Below are positions 8,646 to 12,750 of a stretch of 12,750 nucleotides of DNA, piece after piece. The first letter of the stretch is position 1. The number at the start of each line of letters is the position of its first letter. The stretch is from a candidate division WOR-3 bacterium (GTDB lineage Bacteria > Hydrothermota > Tepidihabitantia > Tepidihabitantales > Tepidihabitantaceae): assembly GCA_965648935.1 (NCBI GenBank), contig CBFGIY010000068.1, positions 1-12,750 of the forward strand, given 5' to 3'. The translations under genes and the position numbers were made by a program. The notes beneath the pieces were generated by a model. It was not told where the DNA came from, made no database searches, and was given only the letters and a program-made list of their open reading frames with translations.

Positions 8646-8764
8646 CTTTCCTCCATTCAAAGCGGGTCCGGACCCCGTCCGGCCCGGCCCGCAAATCGAC
8701 ATACTGCCCTGCCTGCGAAACCCCCGGTCCCTCGATTGCCTGCGATTGTTCTGCGCGGACGCAG

Positions 8765-8792
8765 ATGTTACAGGAGCGCGGCGCGAAGTCAA
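8765..8792 (-). promoter_or_regulatory. Sigma70-type promoter of porCDAB (about 110-nt leader)
   Basis: Minus strand TTGACT (8792-8787), 16 nt, TAACAT (8770-8765). Confidence 0.6.
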
Positions 8793-8813
8793 CCGGCCGG
8801 CCCGGTCGGCGCA

Positions 8814-8842
8814 TTGACGCGCGCCGCGCGCTCGCCTAAGCT
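8814..8842 (+). promoter_or_regulatory. Sigma70-type promoter, leaderless mRNA for the Fpg-like gene
   Basis: TTGACG (8814-8819), 17 nt, TAAGCT (8837-8842), 5 nt, GTG 8848. Confidence 0.7.
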
Positions 8843-8847
8843 TTCTC

Positions 8848-9693
8848 GTGCTGGAGCTGCCCGAACTCGAGGTCATCCGCGAACGCCTGCGCCTCGCGCT
8901 CGTCGGCCGCCGCATCGAAGCGGCCGTGGTCCGCAACCGCGGTGCCCTGCTCACCCGCAAACCCGACCCGGCCGCGCTCGCCGGCACCCACCTCAAGACG
9001 ATAACCCGTCACGGCCGCCTGCTCTGCTTTGAAACCGACGCCGGCCCGGCCCTGTGCTGCCGGTTCGGCCGATATGGCCGCATCGGCCTGCGCGCCGCGG
9101 ACGAGCCCGTCCCGCGCGGCACCGCCCTGACCGTCACACTGGCCCAGGCCGGCTGCCTCGACTTCGTCGAGGGCGGCCGCCGGCTCCGCCTCGAAATCGC
9201 GCTCGCCGACAAGGCCGCGGACCTGCCCTGGCTCGGCCGCGCCGGGCTCGACCCGCTCGCGCCCGGCTTCACCCTCACCGCGCTGCGAACGGCCCTGGGA
9301 AGCGCCGACCGCACCCTGCGCCGCGCCCTCACCGACCAGCACGTCATCGCCGGGCCGCTTGACGCCTTTGCCGACGAAACCTTGTTTGAAGCCCGGCTCT
9401 CGCCCTTCCACTCCACCGCGCTCCTGTCGACCGAGGAAGCCATCCGGCTCCACCTCGCGCTTAAAAAAACCGCCAGCGACGCTGTCATCCGCTACAAGGC
9501 GCTGCCGCCCGCGGTTCTGCCCGACGAAACCCACCGCGACTTCCTGAAAGTCCACAACCGCGCCGGCGCGCCCTGCCCGGCCTGCGGCTCGCCCGTGCGC
9601 ACAGTGCGCGAAGACCACATCATCGCCCACTACTGCCCCCGGTGCCAGACCGGCGGCATCGAACTCGCCGACCGCAACGCGCCGGCCGGCTGA
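8848..9693 (+). CDS. Fpg/Nei (MutM) family DNA glycosylase-like protein with H2TH and zinc finger; catalytic residues altered
   Basis: N-terminus MLELPELE (cf. MPELPEVE), GLDPL, H2TH LTDQHVIAG...DETLFEARLSPF, zinc finger CPACG...YCPRCQTGG. Confidence 0.88.
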   Translation: MLELPELEVIRERLRLALVGRRIEAAVVRNRGALLTRKPDPAALAGTHLKTITRHGRLLCFETDAGPALCCRFGRYGRIGLRAADEPVPRGTALTVTLAQAGCLDFVEGGRRLRLEIALADKAADLPWLGRAGLDPLAPGFTLTALRTALGSADRTLRRALTDQHVIAGPLDAFADETLFEARLSPFHSTALLSTEEAIRLHLALKKTASDAVIRYKALPPAVLPDETHRDFLKVHNRAGAPCPACGSPVRTVREDHIIAHYCPRCQTGGIELADRNAPAG

Positions 9694-9744
9694 ACCGGGA
9701 CGGCCCGGGCCGCGCCGACAGCGCAACCCGCCGCGACCACCGCG

Positions 9745-9996
9745 CTCAGGTGCCGCGTGAACCGCGCGCTTGCGTGACCGCTGACCGCGCCGTCCGAACC
9801 CGCGCCAGCCGCGACATTCAGCAAGACCCTGACCATCCGACTCCGCCTGTGGATGTTCTGCCAGATTGACTGAGCTCTGGTCGCCCTGCTCGAATGGGGT
9901 TTCGCCGCCGCGCTCATCGCACGGTTCGTGCTGCGACTCGCCCCGAACCTGGCCACCGCGCCGAACCGGCCGGCCAATGGGGGAGTCACTCCCCCC
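9745..9996. repeat. Degenerate 12-bp periodic array (YTSRNC-N6, about 20 units) ending in a palindrome
   Basis: T at 9746+12n in 16 of 18 units (9746-9950), 12 of them consecutive (9818-9950); the two exceptions are C. The terminal in-phase unit lies within GGGGGAGTCACTCCCCC. Confidence 0.7.
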
Positions 9997-10042
9997 ACAA
10001 CCTGTGGTATGCCATTCTCGCTCGCACCGCTATATGTAGTGG
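9995..10042. promoter_or_regulatory. Tandem NrdR-box-like sites, 32 bp apart
   Basis: CCACAACCTGTGGTAT (9995-10010, weaker) and CCGCTATATGTAGTGG (10027-10042, strong) versus consensus acaCwAtATaTwGtgt. Confidence 0.55.
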
Positions 10043-10104
10043 TCGCGCCGCCCCGAAAAGCTCGGCCGGCGGGACTTCCCCCGCCGACGTCGGCCTGCGC
10101 CGGC

Positions 10105-10134
10105 TTGTGGACATCGCCGCACCGGGAGTATAAT
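10105..10134 (+). promoter_or_regulatory. Promoter with perfect -10, probably leaderless mRNA for the DUF4126 gene
   Basis: TATAAT 10129-10134 lies 6 nt before ATG 10141. The -35 is ambiguous (TTGTGG with 18-nt spacer or TGGACA with 15-nt spacer). Confidence 0.55.
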
Positions 10135-10140
10135 TCCCCG

Positions 10141-10710
10141 ATGGACTACGCGCTCTACGCCCTGCTCGGCATCGGCCTGGCCGCGGCCTGCGGATTCCGC
10201 GTGTTCGTGCCGCCGCTCGTGCTGAGCATCGCCGCGCTCGCCGGCAAGGTCGAGCTCGCGCCCGGGTTCGACTGGGTCGGCACCTGGCCCGCGCTGGTCA
10301 TCTTCGCGGTCGCAACCGCGTTTGAAATCGCGGCCTACTTCATCCCCTGGCTCGACAATCTGCTCGACACCATCGCCACCCCAGCGGCCGTAGTCGCCGG
10401 CGTCGTGGTTGCTGCGGCGGTGATGGTCCGGATGCCGCCTCTGGTCCGCTGGACCCTGGCCATCATCGCGGGCGGCGGCATCGCCGGCATCATCCAGGCC
10501 GCGACCGTCGCGATACGCGGCGCCTCGACCGCCACTACCGGCGGCGCGGCCAACCCCGTCGCCGCAGGTGCCGAGGCCGGCGGCGCGACCGGGATGTCCA
10601 TCCTCAGCCTGTTTGCGCCGTTTGTCGCCGGTATCGCCGCGGTCGTGCTTGTCGCGGTCCTGCTGTCGGTGTTCCTGCGTCTCCGGCGCCGGCGCGCGCA
10701 CCCTCGTTGA
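10141..10710 (+). CDS. DUF4126-family integral membrane protein
   Basis: GIGLAAACGFRVFVPPL, EIAAYFIPWLDNLLDTIATP, RGASTATTGGAANPV and several hydrophobic helices. Start MDYALY at 10141, not 9928. Confidence 0.85.
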   Translation: MDYALYALLGIGLAAACGFRVFVPPLVLSIAALAGKVELAPGFDWVGTWPALVIFAVATAFEIAAYFIPWLDNLLDTIATPAAVVAGVVVAAAVMVRMPPLVRWTLAIIAGGGIAGIIQAATVAIRGASTATTGGAANPVAAGAEAGGATGMSILSLFAPFVAGIAAVVLVAVLLSVFLRLRRRRAHPR

Positions 10711-10734
10711 CGCGCCGGCCGGCCAACCTAGAAT
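10707..10734 (+). promoter_or_regulatory. Sigma70-type promoter, leaderless mRNA for the solute-binding protein
   Basis: TTGACG (10707-10712, overlapping the upstream TGA stop), 16 nt, TAGAAT (10729-10734), 6 nt, ATG 10741. Confidence 0.7.
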
Positions 10735-10740
10735 GGGTCG

Positions 10741-11985
10741 ATGAAACGACTACTCGCGGCATTCTCTCTGGTTCTGCTCATTGCCGGCTGCGGCCCGCGT
10801 GCGTCGGGCAAGGTCACGGTGACGTTCTGGCACGCGATGGGCGGCGAGTCGCAGAAGACCCTCAAGGCGATGGTCGACCGCTACGAGAGCCTCAACCCGC
10901 GCGTGCACATCGAGCTCATCGGGATGGGCAACTACGACGCGCTTTCGCAGAAACTGATGGGCGCGGTCGCGGCGAAGAACCCGCCGACCATCGCCCAGCA
11001 GTACGAGAACTGGACCGCCCAGCTCCACGCCGGCGGCGAGCTGGTGTACCTCGACAGCTTCGTGCGCGGCCCGGACGGCTTGAGCGAGGACGACCTCGCC
11101 GACATCTACCCGGCCCTGCTTGAGAACAACACGTGGGACGGCAAGCTGCTCACCCTGCCCTTCAACAAGTCGGTGCCGACCTACTACTGGAACGTGCCGA
11201 TGTTTCAGGCCGCCGGTATCAAGGAGTTTCCGCGCACCTGGCCCGAGTTCCGCGCCGCGGTCAACAAGCTGACCAGGCGCGATGATAAGGGTAACGTGAC
11301 GGTCTGGGGCGCGGCCGGCGGCACCGACATCTGGATATTCGGCTCGATGCTCTACCAGAAGGGCGGCCGGTTCTCGGCCGGCGAGGACGGCGCGCCCGAG
11401 TTCAACTCCCCTCTCGGCATCGCCGCCCTGCAGTTCCAGTGCGACCTCATCCAGAAAGACAAAGTGCAGAACACCGACGTCAGCCGCACACCAATGGACG
11501 ACTTCCTCGTCGGCCGGATCGCCACGCTCACCGGCTCCTCGACCTGGCGCGCACCGGTCGTGGACAAGGAGACCTTCCAGGTCGGGATGTCGCCCGTGCC
11601 GCAATGGGACAAGCCCGCCGCAATCATCTACGGCACCAACATCGGGATGTTCCGCCGCGCCAAGCCCGAGGAGCAGGCCGCGGCGTGGGGGTTCATCAAG
11701 TGGTTCATCGCCCCCGAACAGCAGGTCGAATGGTCGCTCGGCACGTGGTACGTACCGATTCACCGCCGCTGCCTCGACGACCCGCGAATGAAGGAACGGC
11801 TCGACAAGACGCCCGGGATGCGCGACTGCTACGCCCAGATGGACGTCGCGGTGTTCGAGCCGCGCGGGATGAAGTGGCTGGCCGGGCGCAAGGCGCTGGT
11901 CGAGGAACTCGAGCAGGCGATGCTCGGGGCCAAGACGCCCAAGGAAGCGCTCGACGACGCCGCCGCGCGCTACGCCGGGCAGTAG
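10741..11985 (+). CDS. ABC transporter substrate-binding lipoprotein, carbohydrate/UgpB-like family 1
   Basis: Signal peptide MKRLL...LIAG-C lipobox; VTFWHAMGG, LPFNKSVPTYYWN, PRTWPEF, AAWGFIKWF, KTPKEALDDA. Confidence 0.9.
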   Translation: MKRLLAAFSLVLLIAGCGPRASGKVTVTFWHAMGGESQKTLKAMVDRYESLNPRVHIELIGMGNYDALSQKLMGAVAAKNPPTIAQQYENWTAQLHAGGELVYLDSFVRGPDGLSEDDLADIYPALLENNTWDGKLLTLPFNKSVPTYYWNVPMFQAAGIKEFPRTWPEFRAAVNKLTRRDDKGNVTVWGAAGGTDIWIFGSMLYQKGGRFSAGEDGAPEFNSPLGIAALQFQCDLIQKDKVQNTDVSRTPMDDFLVGRIATLTGSSTWRAPVVDKETFQVGMSPVPQWDKPAAIIYGTNIGMFRRAKPEEQAAAWGFIKWFIAPEQQVEWSLGTWYVPIHRRCLDDPRMKERLDKTPGMRDCYAQMDVAVFEPRGMKWLAGRKALVEELEQAMLGAKTPKEALDDAAARYAGQ

Positions 11986-12008
11986 CCAAAGGCTCGCGGC
12001 TAGTCATC

Positions 12009-12043
12009 GGGCCGGCCATCTGGCCGGCCCTTGCCTTCTCTCT
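12009..12043 (+). terminator. Intrinsic terminator after the SBP gene (possibly bidirectional with the SDR)
   Basis: GGGCCGGCC-ATCT-GGCCGGCCC hairpin followed by TTGCCTTCTCTCT. Confidence 0.6.
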
Positions 12044-12070
12044 CAACTGGGTCTCCGACTGAACTGAGCT

Positions 12071-12750
12071 CTAGCGCACGCGTGCCGGGCCTAACAGGAG
12101 CATCTCGAGCCGCGCTTTCCAGCGCATCGCCAGCACGGCCAGGCCCATCACCCGCGGCGCGGTGAAACTGACCGGCTTGCGCTCGAGGCAATTGAGCAGA
12201 TGAAGCGCGGCGCGTTCCGGAGTCATCATCAGCGGCTTGATGCGGCCCTTGGCCATCTTGGTGTCCACGAACCCGAACCGGACATTGGTGACGTACACGC
12301 CGCGCCGGCGCAGGGCCGGGGCCAGGCATTCGAGGTAGCGCGTGAACCCGGCCTTGGATGCGTAGTAACTGGGCGCCGCGCTCGACAGCACCCCGTCGGC
12401 AATGCTCGAAAGACCGATGAAGTGGCCCGAGCCGCGTCGGGCCATCAGCGGCACGACCGCGGCGGCCGTCTTGACCAGCCCCGTGAGGTTGACCTCAAAC
12501 ACCTCGACTTCAGGTTCCATCCGCTCGAGGTCCAGTCCCTCGCCGATGCCGGCGCAGTAGACGCACAGGTCAGGCGCAGTACCGGACAACAGCGCGGCCA
12601 GTTTCTGCGGGTAGCCGGGGTCCTGCACGCAGACCCGTTCGTGCCGGTACGATTGGTGGGTGACGGGCAAGTCGCTGCGTGAGACCCCCTGCACGGTCCA
12701 GCCTCGGTTCAGCAGTTCGCGCGTCAGGGCCAGGCCAATGCCCGAGGAAT
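12071..12750 (-). CDS. Short-chain dehydrogenase/reductase (SDR), 5' end beyond the window
   Basis: Frame open to the window edge: SSGIGLALTRELL (Rossmann GxxxGxG), YCAGIG, VNLTG, LSSIA, catalytic YYASK, FGFVDTKM. Confidence 0.9.
   Translation of the reverse strand, partial: SSGIGLALTRELLNRGWTVQGVSRSDLPVTHQSYRHERVCVQDPGYPQKLAALLSGTAPDLCVYCAGIGEGLDLERMEPEVEVFEVNLTGLVKTAAAVVPLMARRGSGHFIGLSSIADGVLSSAAPSYYASKAGFTRYLECLAPALRRRGVYVTNVRFGFVDTKMAKGRIKPLMMTPERAALHLLNCLERKPVSFTAPRVMGLAVLAMRWKARLEMLLLGPARVR

Noticed and set aside
8646..8760. TPP riboswitch upstream of the TPP-dependent por operon
   Set aside because: Lacks the CUGAGA and ACCUGAU...AGGGA signature elements.
7752..8996. Extended N-termini of porA (7952) and porC (8996) in the ORF track
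   Set aside because: They overlap porD and the Fpg-like gene respectively. Family-typical starts with SD or ATGA coupling are at 7751 and 8645.
9630..9998. 122-aa minus-strand ORF across the array
   Set aside because: No SD or promoter, low-complexity Ala/Arg/Ser composition, no family motif, and it overlaps the Fpg-like 3' end.
9694..10140. CRISPR array, tRNA or known riboswitch in the intergenic region
   Set aside because: No 23-47-bp identical repeats, no cloverleaf or T-loop motif, no recognisable riboswitch consensus, and no cas genes in the window.
8848..10710. Fpg-like gene, array and DUF4126 gene are all in one frame interrupted only by TGA codons (9691, 9775, 9871), suggesting readthrough, selenocysteine or an alternative genetic code
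   Set aside because: TGA is the true stop of queH, the kamA-like gene, porB and porD in this window. The Fpg-like protein ends at a family-typical C-terminus, and DUF4126 has its own promoter.

Overview
High-GC window from an apparently anaerobic bacterium. Left to right: queH (-); a long KamA-family radical-SAM/PLP protein (-); a divergent FR47-like GNAT acetyltransferase (+); two tandem paralogous hypothetical genes (-) whose shared N-terminal domain looks like a catalytically dead PD-(D/E)xK/NucS-like fold; a four-subunit pyruvate/2-oxoacid:ferredoxin oxidoreductase operon porCDAB (-); a divergent Fpg/Nei-family gene that has lost its catalytic residues (+); a ~450-bp intergenic region; a DUF4126-type membrane protein (+); an orphan ABC sugar-family solute-binding lipoprotein (+); and a 5'-truncated SDR (-). 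The most unusual feature is the intergenic region. It holds about 20 in-phase degenerate 12-bp units (YTSRNC-N6) ending in a GGGGGAGTCACTCCCCC palindrome, followed by two NrdR-box-like sites 32 bp apart with no nrd gene in the window. Five genes appear to be leaderless (sigma70-like -10 box 5-6 nt before the start codon), which corrects several starts in the ORF track. All family calls come from motif recognition by eye; no database search was run.
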